Assembly: GCA_947040945.1 (NCBI GenBank)
Contig: CAMRCO010000001.1
Span: 1-62,183, forward strand
DNA from: an uncultured Spirochaetia bacterium
GTDB lineage: Bacteria; Spirochaetota; Brachyspiria; Brachyspirales; Brachyspiraceae
Length of the DNA stretch: 62,183 nucleotides
Direction of reading: 5' to 3'
This document shows positions 17,484-25,919 of this stretch, one piece after another. Below the pieces are notes generated by a model that saw only the letters and a list, made by a program, of their open reading frames with translations, searched no databases and was not told the DNA's origin. The position numbers and the translations under genes were made by a program. Each line of letters starts with the position of its first letter. The first letter of the stretch is position 1.

Positions 17484-17639
17484 ATGAATATTCAAATTAA
17501 AAAATTAACCCCTGTTTTATTAAACGACTATTTGCACTTTTTTGACACAACACCGCATCACACTAATAAGCCTGAAGACAGATGCTATTGTGTTGGTTGG
17601 TGTAATACTAATTCTGAAGGAAGCGATGATAAACTCTAA
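17484..17639 (+). pseudogene. N-terminal fragment of a GNAT-type acetyltransferase gene (51 codons)
   Basis: MNIQIKKLTPVLLNDYLHFFDTTPHHTNKPEDRCYCVGWC... resembles the N-terminus of a GNAT subfamily with the (D/N)YL.FFD...CYC pattern. It ends after 51 codons and no acetyl-CoA-binding part follows. Confidence 0.4.
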
Positions 17640-17669
17640 AATTGAAATATATACTAATAGGAGGAAGCG

Positions 17670-18218
17670 ATGAAAAAAAGCAATTTTTTTATTGATAAGT
17701 GGTGGTGGAATTATTTTGGTGGAACAGATGATTCAATAACATTAATGGATTATTTTCAAAAAGATGATATTAAAGATTACCCGCTCTCTAAGATATTTGA
17801 TGATTTTAATTTGCAATCACAAATAGATTTTGGAAATGCTAGAGACACAAAAGATATACGTTTTTTTGATGATGACAATATTCACTATCATCATATAATT
17901 TTTGCAATTGACCTCATAACTAACTTAATTGTAATTACTTTAGAAAGTTTACATAATAAAGTAGTCAATATAAAAGACTTACATAGCTGTTCAAAATCAA
18001 ATAAGATATTTACCATAATTATAACTTCTAAAGAGTGGGACTATATGATGTTTGTTCTTGATGATTTTATAGAAAATGCTATAAAGTACGATTTAGCAGA
18101 ACTTTGCCCTAAAGAAGATATGATTGAAATGTCAGAACATTGCAAAGAAATAAAAGAAGAACTAAAAAAATATAGAAATATAAAACAGTACCCATTTATA
18201 AACGATGATAAGTTGTAA
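17670..18218 (+). CDS. hypothetical protein (orphan, no family recognised)
   Basis: 182-aa intact ORF with aggagg SD 6-7 nt upstream. Acidic, no signal peptide. Confidence 0.5.
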   Translation: MKKSNFFIDKWWWNYFGGTDDSITLMDYFQKDDIKDYPLSKIFDDFNLQSQIDFGNARDTKDIRFFDDDNIHYHHIIFAIDLITNLIVITLESLHNKVVNIKDLHSCSKSNKIFTIIITSKEWDYMMFVLDDFIENAIKYDLAELCPKEDMIEMSEHCKEIKEELKKYRNIKQYPFINDDKL

Positions 18219-18520
18219 AGTCGGATATTAAAGATGCTAATGGAAGTGAAAAACATGTGAGCATTGTGGCTAAAGATAGTCGCTCTCCTTATGATTATGA
18301 AACTAGACAAAAAATGCAAAAAGTTGCTGATGAAAATAATATAGGATACACAGTTGGTGTTTATAATGGTTATGGCTCTGATGCAACAGCTTCTGTAGAT
18401 AATGGATTTGATGTAAAATTTGCTTGCTTTGAGCCAAGTGTTTAGGCCTCTCATCATTATGAACGATGTCATATAGATGGTATAAAAGAGACTATCAAAT
18501 TAATGATATGTTATTTATAG
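18212..18520 (+). pseudogene. C-terminal remnant of a clan-MH (M42-like) aminopeptidase gene with an in-frame stop
   Basis: The frame reads ...GSEKHVSIVAKDSRSPYDYETRQKMQKVADENNIGYTVGVYNGYGSDATAS...CFEPSV*ASHHYERCHIDGIKETIKLMICYL*. It resembles the last third of M42/FrvX-type peptidases (I..KD....YD......A.E..I.Y......G(G/S)DA). The N-terminal ~250 codons are missing, and a TAG stop lies at 18443-18445. Confidence 0.4.
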
Positions 18521-18527
18521 AATCATA

Positions 18528-19766
18528 TTAAAACTTAATTTTAATACGCCCTTGAGGTAAATGCTTAATTCTATCTTCAGATGTTTTAGGAATTATACTT
18601 ATATTTTGATTGTCTTCTAAGTTTTGATTTTTTAGATATGGAACACCAATGGCAACAGACTTCCCGTTAATATCTGTGCTTTTATTGAGAGTTATATAAA
18701 TACCAGAAATATTCTCTGTCCTAATATTAGAACTTGAAAATGTAGGCTTTGCAGTAGAAATTATAGCGTCCCCGGGGTATAAATTAGCATCTACGCCAGC
18801 AAACGCTTTTGAATTAAGGTCTAAAGAACTATACCCATCTAAACCACTTGTTTTATTTGCTTGATTAGATAATAACCAAGCAAATAAAATATCATCCCAA
18901 CTTGCATTTTTTCGTGTAGATATATTTTTACTTACAGCTTCAACAACTGACTGATAACCATAAGACTGCCTAGAATAGGCAATATCATGAATAATTTCTT
19001 TATCCCCTTGTACATAAAGCCAGTACATAAAAAGTGATGAGGTGGCAGCATCTGTAATGTTATCCCATTTATAAAAATAATTTCCATTTTTTATGGAATT
19101 ATAATTATTATAAATAGCTAATCTACTTTTATTCATTTCTCCATTTTGTGCAAAAATAATATTAGCAGCCTCAGACCTAGCTTCATTAATCCATAAATCG
19201 CTACTTTTTCCAAGTCTAATATCATTCATATTGTAGTCTATTAAATGTTGAAACTCATGAATAACTGTTCCAAGCACAGCCTCCCTGCTCTTATTATTTA
19301 CATTTGCACTATCAACATAAAGTATTTCAGCAGCATTTCCATATCCCTTAATTAAATCAACAGAAGAGAAATAACCTGCTATATATCCACTAGATAATGT
19401 TCCAATATTAATATCAAAAAAAATAATGATAACTTTGCCATTATTATCAATATCAGTATGTGTACCAAATGTATTCACCATACCATAATATGCTTCTTCA
19501 AAACCATCTATTATAAAGTGAATATTTTCCTCACTGATATTAGATCCTTTATCATCTAAAAACACTTCAGTTTTATCTGTTTCCATTATTTTTCTAGGTT
19601 TAAGTATAATACTCTCTTGTGAATCAATATCACCACCTTTAAACTGAATGGCATAAAACTCTCCAGAGCCTAATTGACTTGGATATGTCATATCAGTTAA
19701 AGAGCATGAGTTAAGTGTAAAAAATAAACAACTAATTAATATTGTACTAAACAATTTAGAGAACAT
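18528..19766 (-). CDS. predicted zinc-metalloprotease lipoprotein (HExxH; hyicolysin/M30-like)
   Basis: 412 aa. Signal plus lipobox FFTLNSC. Motif GTVIHEFQHLIDYN. Family assignment is tentative. Confidence 0.6.
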   Translation of the reverse strand: MFSKLFSTILISCLFFTLNSCSLTDMTYPSQLGSGEFYAIQFKGGDIDSQESIILKPRKIMETDKTEVFLDDKGSNISEENIHFIIDGFEEAYYGMVNTFGTHTDIDNNGKVIIIFFDINIGTLSSGYIAGYFSSVDLIKGYGNAAEILYVDSANVNNKSREAVLGTVIHEFQHLIDYNMNDIRLGKSSDLWINEARSEAANIIFAQNGEMNKSRLAIYNNYNSIKNGNYFYKWDNITDAATSSLFMYWLYVQGDKEIIHDIAYSRQSYGYQSVVEAVSKNISTRKNASWDDILFAWLLSNQANKTSGLDGYSSLDLNSKAFAGVDANLYPGDAIISTAKPTFSSSNIRTENISGIYITLNKSTDINGKSVAIGVPYLKNQNLEDNQNISIIPKTSEDRIKHLPQGRIKIKF

Positions 19767-19792
19767 TTACCTGCCTTTAATTTATAAGCCAA

Positions 19793-20713
19793 CTATAACT
19801 TTGAAACTTCTATTTTCCAATCGCCAAATGAATCAAGTCCATACTTAGTTAATCCATGTTTAGAAACAAAGCTACCCATATTTACAGCAAATGAAAGATT
19901 AAGTTGTGAGTTAAAGTATGCTAAATTTTCACCATCAGCAACATCGCCAAATGTATTTACAATAGGCATAGACCCACTAAAAACCAAATTATCATTTTTA
20001 TATATTTTCACCATTATATTATCACCAGCATTTACTCCATTTTCAGACATAATTTTACGTGGTAATAAACTCCAAACATTCCCAAAATTTGCATCAAGCC
20101 CAGCAAGACTTGCCTTATAAGTACCATTGTCATAATTAGGTTTTTCATGAGGAATTAATGTAACATTAGTACCTAAACTTTTACCTACGTCTTCAAATGA
20201 TATTTGACCAGCCGCAAGTTTAGCACCTGTATAAACATAAACATCACGTCCATGAAAAGTATATGACTCTTCTGTGTTTTGTCTTCTATTAACTGCCTCG
20301 TCAATTTCTCTTACTTCATCAACTCCATAAGTGTCAGCTACAAATGTAAGCGTGCCATTATCAGGAGTTACAAAATAATGACCAGACTTTGTTTTAAGTA
20401 CAACCGACTTTCTTTCTGTGCCAACACCGGGGTCAACTACACTAACAAACACAGTACCCTCTGGCCAATACTCTACAGTTTCCTCTAAAGCCAAAGCTCC
20501 TTCCCATATACCATAAGGCGGAATAAAATGCGTTAAGTCAAATATAGGTAGATTTTCATCTACAGAATACATAACCCCATACATAGCTCCTATAGCACTT
20601 CCAGTCAAACCAAAATCTGTTTGTATAACAACAGGCGACATATTATCACTTGACTTATTTGAACAAGAAAAAATTAAACCAAAAATTAAACTAAAAATTA
20701 AAAACTTCTTCAC
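19793..20713 (-). CDS. SAM hydroxide adenosyltransferase (DUF62) family protein with a lipoprotein-type N-terminus
   Basis: Motifs VVIQTDFGLTGSAIGAMYGVM, VVDPGVGTERKS and VTPDNGTLT. GTG start at 20713 with AAGGAG 7 nt upstream. N-terminus (M)KKFLIFSLIFGLIFSC. Confidence 0.8.
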   Translation of the reverse strand: MKKFLIFSLIFGLIFSCSNKSSDNMSPVVIQTDFGLTGSAIGAMYGVMYSVDENLPIFDLTHFIPPYGIWEGALALEETVEYWPEGTVFVSVVDPGVGTERKSVVLKTKSGHYFVTPDNGTLTFVADTYGVDEVREIDEAVNRRQNTEESYTFHGRDVYVYTGAKLAAGQISFEDVGKSLGTNVTLIPHEKPNYDNGTYKASLAGLDANFGNVWSLLPRKIMSENGVNAGDNIMVKIYKNDNLVFSGSMPIVNTFGDVADGENLAYFNSQLNLSFAVNMGSFVSKHGLTKYGLDSFGDWKIEVSKL

Positions 20714-20740
20714 AAAAATTCTCCTTAAAAAAGCAAAATA

Positions 20741-20774
20741 AAAAAGACATTATATTATTCTATAATGTCTTTTT
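20741..20774 (-). terminator. Rho-independent terminator after fba and the small ORF
   Basis: Perfect inverted repeat aagacattata / tataatgtctt with a 6-nt loop. A U-run follows on the minus-strand transcript. Confidence 0.6.
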
Positions 20775-20786
20775 ATATAAGATAAC

Positions 20787-20876
20787 TTATTTAGAACTGT
20801 TAAGAGCCTGTTTTTTTCTCTTTATACGTCTTTCTGCTCTTTTACGTTTTACTATTCTTCTATGTTGTTTTCCCAT
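20787..20876 (-). CDS. unannotated 29-aa highly basic small protein
   Basis: MGKQHRRIVKRKRAERRIKRKKQALNSSK. AAGGAG lies 6 nt upstream of the ATG. The ORF sits 26 nt after the fba stop and just before the terminator. Not in the ORF track (<60 aa). Confidence 0.45.
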   Translation of the reverse strand: MGKQHRRIVKRKRAERRIKRKKQALNSSK

Positions 20877-20902
20877 ATTCTGCTCCTTTTATTTATATAA
20901 AA

Positions 20903-21865
20903 TTAAATTTTATCGTTACTACCTAAAACATTTATAACCTTATGTTTGTAAAGTTCTTTTAACATATCACGAGCAGGCCCTAAATATTTTCTAGGATCAA
21001 ACTCAGCAGGATTATCATTAAAATATTTTCTAATACCAGCAGTCATTGCAAGTCTGCCATCAGAGTCAATATTTATTTTACATACAGCACTTTTCGCCGC
21101 TAATCTAAGTTGCTCTTCAGGTATACCTATAGCATCACTTAATTTACCACCATTATCATTAATCATCTTAACCAAGTCTTGTGGCACACTTGATGAACCA
21201 TGTAAAACAATAGCAAACCCAGGGATGCGTTTTTCAATTTCAGATAAAATATCTAAACGTATTTTAGGGTCTTGACCCGGCTTAAACTTGAAAGCTCCAT
21301 GACTTGTACCTATAGAAATAGCAAGTGAATCAACACCTGTTTTTTTAACAAAATCCTCAACCTCTTCAGGTTTTGTATATGTATGGTCTAATGCTGAAAC
21401 TTCGTCTTCTACGCCAGCAAGAACACCAAGCTCACCTTCAACTGTTACGTCATGCTTATGAGCATACTCTACAACAGATGATGTTATATCAACATTTTTG
21501 TTATATTCATGATGGCTTCCGTCTATCATAACAGAAGAGAATCCGTACTCGATACAATTTTTACAAAGTTCAAGTGTATCACCATGGTCAAGATGCAAAA
21601 CAATAGGAATATTTTTTCCAAGTTCTTTAGCATACTCAACAGCTCCTTGAGCCATATATCTAAGTAAAGTTTGATTAGCATATTTTCTTGCACCAGATGA
21701 AACTTGAAGTATAACAGGGCTTGATGTTTCGACACATGCCTGTATTATAGCTTGCATTTGCTCCATGTTATTAAAGTTAAAAGCAGGTATTGCATATCCA
21801 CCACTAACTGCTTTTTTAAATAACTCTCTAGAATTCACTAATCCTAAATCTTTATAATTAACCAT
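20903..21865 (-). CDS. fba: class II fructose-1,6-bisphosphate aldolase
   Basis: 320 aa. GGYAIPAFNFNNMEQMQAIIQA, VILQVSSGARKY, LHLDHGD and VLHGSSSVP are typical of class II FBA. Confidence 0.9.
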   Translation of the reverse strand: MVNYKDLGLVNSRELFKKAVSGGYAIPAFNFNNMEQMQAIIQACVETSSPVILQVSSGARKYANQTLLRYMAQGAVEYAKELGKNIPIVLHLDHGDTLELCKNCIEYGFSSVMIDGSHHEYNKNVDITSSVVEYAHKHDVTVEGELGVLAGVEDEVSALDHTYTKPEEVEDFVKKTGVDSLAISIGTSHGAFKFKPGQDPKIRLDILSEIEKRIPGFAIVLHGSSSVPQDLVKMINDNGGKLSDAIGIPEEQLRLAAKSAVCKINIDSDGRLAMTAGIRKYFNDNPAEFDPRKYLGPARDMLKELYKHKVINVLGSNDKI

Positions 21866-22262
21866 AAAAAAACTCCTTTATCATATAAATTTATAAAACA
21901 ATACAATCCTAATTGTATAGTAAATAGTTATATTTTTCAAGCTGTTTTAATATAAAGTAGATTCCTAATTAATAAAGAATCTAACTCTATAAGTCTACTT
22001 TATAAAAAAGTACTATATAAATAGAGAAATAGTAGTAAAAAACCATTTTACAAATTTGATAATATTCGTTTTATTAGTACAATTATAAACAAGATAAAAT
22101 ATTTTAATAATAAAGAAAAAATCTTTTACATTATTTGATTAAATATGTTTTAGTCAAAAATAGAATAATTAAGTAAAAGATAATAATAATAGATACTACA
22201 TTAAATATTTAATTAAAAAATACGATAAATGTAGAATGGTCGCAAACAAGCGAGGTATACAA

Positions 22263-22823
22263 ATGGTAAAAGAACAACAATTAACAGATATAGAACTTAT
22301 AGAATCATATAAGGAAGGAAACAGACAATCTTTAGACATACTTATAAGCAGGTATAAAAATTATATATTTAATTTATCATACAGGTTTATGCACAATTAT
22401 GAAGATTCTATGGATTTGACACAAGAAGTTTTAATAAGGGTTTATAAAGCTATAGACAAATATGAAGATAGAAATTACTTCAAAGGATGGCTTTATAGAA
22501 TTGTAAGTAATACTGCTATAAATACTTATGGTAAGTCTTACAAACGAGAATCTCCTTATTTAGAAAAGCTTTACTTACTTGACGATGAGAAGTATGATAT
22601 GGAACGTGATTATGAGCGTATAGTATTGAGAGAGAAAATATATGAGGCTGCTAATAAGCTTAAAGGCAAACAACATGATGTTTTTATGCTTAGGTATTAC
22701 GAGAATAATTCCTATAAAGAAGTAGGAAAAACTCTTAATATATCAGCAGATTCAGCAAAAAGTAACTATTCATACGCTTTAAAACGAATGAAGACATTTT
22801 TAGAGAAAGAAAGTAATTTTTAA
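22263..22823 (+). CDS. ECF-type RNA polymerase sigma-70 family factor
   Basis: Region 2 (DLTQEVLIRVYKAIDKYE...FKGWLYRIVSNTAIN) and region 4 (VFMLRYYENNSYKEVGKTLNISADSAKSNYSYALKRM). The start at ATG 22263 has gaggt 7 nt upstream and is preferred over 22236. Confidence 0.8.
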   Translation: MVKEQQLTDIELIESYKEGNRQSLDILISRYKNYIFNLSYRFMHNYEDSMDLTQEVLIRVYKAIDKYEDRNYFKGWLYRIVSNTAINTYGKSYKRESPYLEKLYLLDDEKYDMERDYERIVLREKIYEAANKLKGKQHDVFMLRYYENNSYKEVGKTLNISADSAKSNYSYALKRMKTFLEKESNF

Positions 22824-22832
22824 AGGTTTTTT

Positions 22833-23204
22833 ATGAAAAAAGAAGAGCTTATAAGATTCAAAAAGAAACTTGAAAGTAAAAGGGAAATATTTGATATTCC
22901 TGAATTACCAGATGGCGAATTTGAGGCTATGTTAATGCAAGCTAAGATTAAAGTAAATTTAGCTGTAGAAGTTAATAAGAAAGAAAATATGCTAAGAAAA
23001 CTTATGCCTGTATTCTCTTCTCTGAAACTCTCAGCCACACTGTCACTTGCTATTATTGTAGCTATGATTATAGGCTATACTTTTATATTTAATGGTGGTC
23101 TACTTTATAGGGAGCTAAGCCCTTCTAATGAGAATAGCACCACAGCCAAAGGTCGTATGAATAATTTACCAGTAGTTAATGTTTCAGTAAAAGGACCTAT
23201 TTAA
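22833..23204 (+). CDS. putative membrane-anchored anti-sigma factor
   Basis: 123 aa, one hydrophobic span (LSATLSLAIIVAMIIGYTFIF), 9 nt downstream of the sigma gene. Assigned by position only. Confidence 0.4.
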   Translation: MKKEELIRFKKKLESKREIFDIPELPDGEFEAMLMQAKIKVNLAVEVNKKENMLRKLMPVFSSLKLSATLSLAIIVAMIIGYTFIFNGGLLYRELSPSNENSTTAKGRMNNLPVVNVSVKGPI

Positions 23205-23232
23205 TAATAATAGATATACTTAAACAAAACTA

Positions 23233-23261
23233 TTGTAAATTATTGATTAATTGTTTATAAT
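23233..23261 (+). promoter_or_regulatory. candidate promoter upstream of clpC
   Basis: TTGTAA (23233-23238), 17-nt spacer, TATAAT (23256-23261). The AT-rich context makes this low-specificity. Confidence 0.25.
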
Positions 23262-23336
23262 TAAGATAAATATACTCTGGTGTGCTTTATGTGAGTAAAG
23301 TGCGTCCATAATATTTTGAGTTTAAGGATTTAAGAT

Positions 23337-25832
23337 ATGTTTCAATTTCATTTGACAAGTCGTGCAAAAAAAGTTTTAGAACTTTATGCTAAAGAAGAAG
23401 CGAAAAGGTTAAACCATGACCTTGTAACACCTGAGCATGTACTTTTAGGGTTACTACATGAAACCGATGCTCTAGCTGCAAGATCATTATTACGTCTAAA
23501 TATAGATTTAAATAAGATTAAAACTCAGCTAGAATTTTTAATGCCAAAATCACTTGGGACAAAGCTATATGGAAATACACCAACATCCCCTCGTGTTCAA
23601 AAGCTTATAAGCCATTCAGCTGAAGAGGCTCGTGCTTTAGGGCATAATTATATAGGCACTGAACATTTACTTCTTGGAATTTTAAGAGAAGAAAAAGAGA
23701 CTGCATTTGGAGTTCTTTCATCATTAGGAATAGAGATTACTGCTTTAAGACAAGAAATATTAAAAATTCTTGGAATAAATCCTCAAATCAACACCAATGA
23801 AAAGTCTACAACAGACGAGGTTTCTAAAAAAATTAGAACACCGACTCTCGACCAATTTGCCCGTGACCTAACAAAATTAGCACGTGAAAAAAAATTAGAC
23901 AGAGTTATAGGTAGAAGCCATGAGGTTATGAGAGTTATACAAATACTCGCTCGTAGAAAAAAGAATAACCCAATACTTTTAGGTGAGCCAGGCGTTGGTA
24001 AAACTGCTGTAGTTGAAGGGCTTGCTGATAAAATTGTTAATGCTGACGTGCCTGATATATTATTAAAAAAACGTGTACTAACACTCGATTTATCGTCTGT
24101 AGTTGCAGGAACAAAATATAGAGGTGAGTTTGAAGAGCGTATTAAAAGTATTATTTTAGAAATAAGACGCTCTGGCAATATAATAATATTTATTGATGAA
24201 CTTCATACTTTAATTGGAGCAGGTGGTGCAGAAGGTGCATTAGACGCTGCCAATATGCTTAAGCCAGCACTTGCAAGAGGTGAGCTTCAATGTATAGGAG
24301 CGACAACTCTAAACGAATATAAAAAGTATATTGAAAAAGATGGTGCTTTAGTTAGACGTTTTCAAGCAATTAATGTTGAAGAACCTAATATAGAGGATAC
24401 TATAGAAATACTAAATGGTATAAAGTCTAAATATGAAGAACATCATAGAGTAAAATATACAGACGAGGCAATTGCTGCCGCTGCTATATTAAGCAAACGC
24501 TATATTATTGAAAGACATTTACCTGACAAGGCTATTGACCTAATAGACGAAGCTGGTTCAAGAGCAAGACTTATAAACATGATAAGACCTACCGAGTTTA
24601 AAGACCTTGAAAATGATATTCTAAAAATGAATGAAGAAAAAGATGCCCTTGTAGAAGATCAAAAATTTGAAGAGGCAGCCGAATTACGAGATAAAATTAA
24701 AGACTTACAAACTGCGTTTACAGAAAAAGAAAGCCAGTGGAGACTTGAAAGAGAAAAAATAGAAACTATAATTGAAGAAGAAGATATAAGACATGTCATT
24801 TCAGAAATTACAAATATACCTATTAAAAAACTTTTAAGCTCTGAAACTCAAAGACTTGTTAACATGGAAGAGGAGCTACACAAATCAATTATAGGACAGG
24901 AAGAGGCTATCAGTGCTGTCTCAAAGGCTATAAGACGAAGTAGAGCTGGACTTAAATTTGGAAAAAAACCTTTAGGTAGCTTTATTTTCTTAGGACCTAC
25001 TGGAGTTGGTAAAACAGCTTTGGCAAAAACATTATCAGAGTTTATGTTTGGCGACCCTGAATCTTTAATTAGAATTGACATGAGTGAGTTTATGGAAAAA
25101 CACTCTGTAAGCAAAATGATAGGAGCACCTCCCGGATATGTTGGTTTTGAAGAAGGTGGAAGTCTTACTGAAAAAATAAGAAGAAAGCCTTACTCTTTAA
25201 TATTATTTGACGAAATAGAAAAGGCACATCCTGATATTGCTAATGTATTATTACAATTACTTGAAGAAGGACAACTTACAGACAATTTAGGACGTAAGGT
25301 TAATTTCTCAAATACAATAATAATTATGACAAGCAACTTGGGAGCTCGTGATATAGTTAAAGGAACTTCACTGGGTTTCAATACTTTAGGTGAAGAGAAA
25401 TTGGCAAGTGATATAAAAAATGTTGCATTAGAAGAACTTAAAACAACATTTAATCCTGAGTTTATAAATAGAATTGACGACATTGTAGTGTTTCATACTT
25501 TATCTAAAGAGAATTTAAAAGGTATTATTGACACAATGATACTCGATATTAATAAGTCTCTTGTAGAAAAAAATATGACTATAACACTTACAGAAAGTGC
25601 TAAACTACAAATTGTAGACAAGGGATATGATAAAAAATATGGAGCAAGAAGCTTAAGACGTACTTTGCAGAAAGATATTGAAGACAAAATTAGTACAGAC
25701 ATACTTTTTGAAAACTTAAAAGATGGCGATGCTATCATCGTAGACGCTAAAAATGAAGAGCTTAAGTTTACATATAAAAAGATTAAAGATACTGAAAATA
25801 AAAAGAAAGTAACACTTATACCTCAACCATAA
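23337..25832 (+). CDS. clpC: ATP-dependent Clp protease ATP-binding subunit ClpC
   Basis: 831 aa. Two Clp_N repeats, Walker A GEPGVGKT and GPTGVGKT, and a short UVR-like linker [14 protein letters not shown]. Length and architecture fit ClpC rather than ClpB. Confidence 0.9.
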   Translation: MFQFHLTSRAKKVLELYAKEEAKRLNHDLVTPEHVLLGLLHETDALAARSLLRLNIDLNKIKTQLEFLMPKSLGTKLYGNTPTSPRVQKLISHSAEEARALGHNYIGTEHLLLGILREEKETAFGVLSSLGIEITALRQEILKILGINPQINTNEKSTTDEVSKKIRTPTLDQFARDLTKLAREKKLDRVIGRSHEVMRVIQILARRKKNNPILLGEPGVGKTAVVEGLADKIVNADVPDILLKKRVLTLDLSSVVAGTKYRGEFEERIKSIILEIRRSGNIIIFIDELHTLIGAGGAEGALDAANMLKPALARGELQCIGATTLNEYKKYIEKDGALVRRFQAINVEEPNIEDTIEILNGIKSKYEEHHRVKYTDEAIAAAAILSKRYIIERHLPDKAIDLIDEAGSRARLINMIRPTEFKDLENDILKMNEEKDALVEDQKFEEAAELRDKIKDLQTAFTEKESQWRLEREKIETIIEEEDIRHVISEITNIPIKKLLSSETQRLVNMEEELHKSIIGQEEAISAVSKAIRRSRAGLKFGKKPLGSFIFLGPTGVGKTALAKTLSEFMFGDPESLIRIDMSEFMEKHSVSKMIGAPPGYVGFEEGGSLTEKIRRKPYSLILFDEIEKAHPDIANVLLQLLEEGQLTDNLGRKVNFSNTIIIMTSNLGARDIVKGTSLGFNTLGEEKLASDIKNVALEELKTTFNPEFINRIDDIVVFHTLSKENLKGIIDTMILDINKSLVEKNMTITLTESAKLQIVDKGYDKKYGARSLRRTLQKDIEDKISTDILFENLKDGDAIIVDAKNEELKFTYKKIKDTENKKKVTLIPQP

Positions 25833-25864
25833 TTTAATGTGTTAGACTAAAATTAATAAGTAAT

Positions 25865-25905
25865 AAAAAAAGCCGTAAGAGATATATTGTCTCCTACGGC
25901 TTTTT
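25865..25905. terminator. bidirectional Rho-independent terminator between clpC and hppA
   Basis: GC-rich hairpin gccgtaagaga-tatattg-tctcctacggc (1 mismatch), flanked by an A-run on the left and a T-run on the right. Confidence 0.65.
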
Positions 25906-25919
25906 CGTGTTTTGTATTT

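Noticed and set aside
17619-18211. Short direct repeats around the orphan ORF that might be target-site duplications: ggaagcgatga at 17619-17629 and 17663-17673, and cgatgataa at 17624-17632 and 18203-18211. Both neighbouring ORFs also end in ...DDKL.
   Set aside because: These are 9-11-nt matches only. The left and right flanks belong to different genes, so this is not a simple insertion into one target. No inverted repeats or recombinase gene are present. It is plausibly coincidence or microhomology from illegitimate recombination.
21866-22235. The long ORF-free AT-rich gap was considered as a possible replication origin or ncRNA locus.
   Set aside because: I saw no DnaA-box-like nonamers (TTATCCACA or its complement), no dnaA/dnaN nearby, and no GC-rich structured segment. 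It is best explained as a divergent promoter region.
23205-23336. Searched the clpC upstream gap for CtsR operator heptad repeats (GGTCAAA-type) or a CIRCE inverted repeat.
   Set aside because: Neither motif is present. There is only a weak 5-bp inverted repeat (cttta/taaag).
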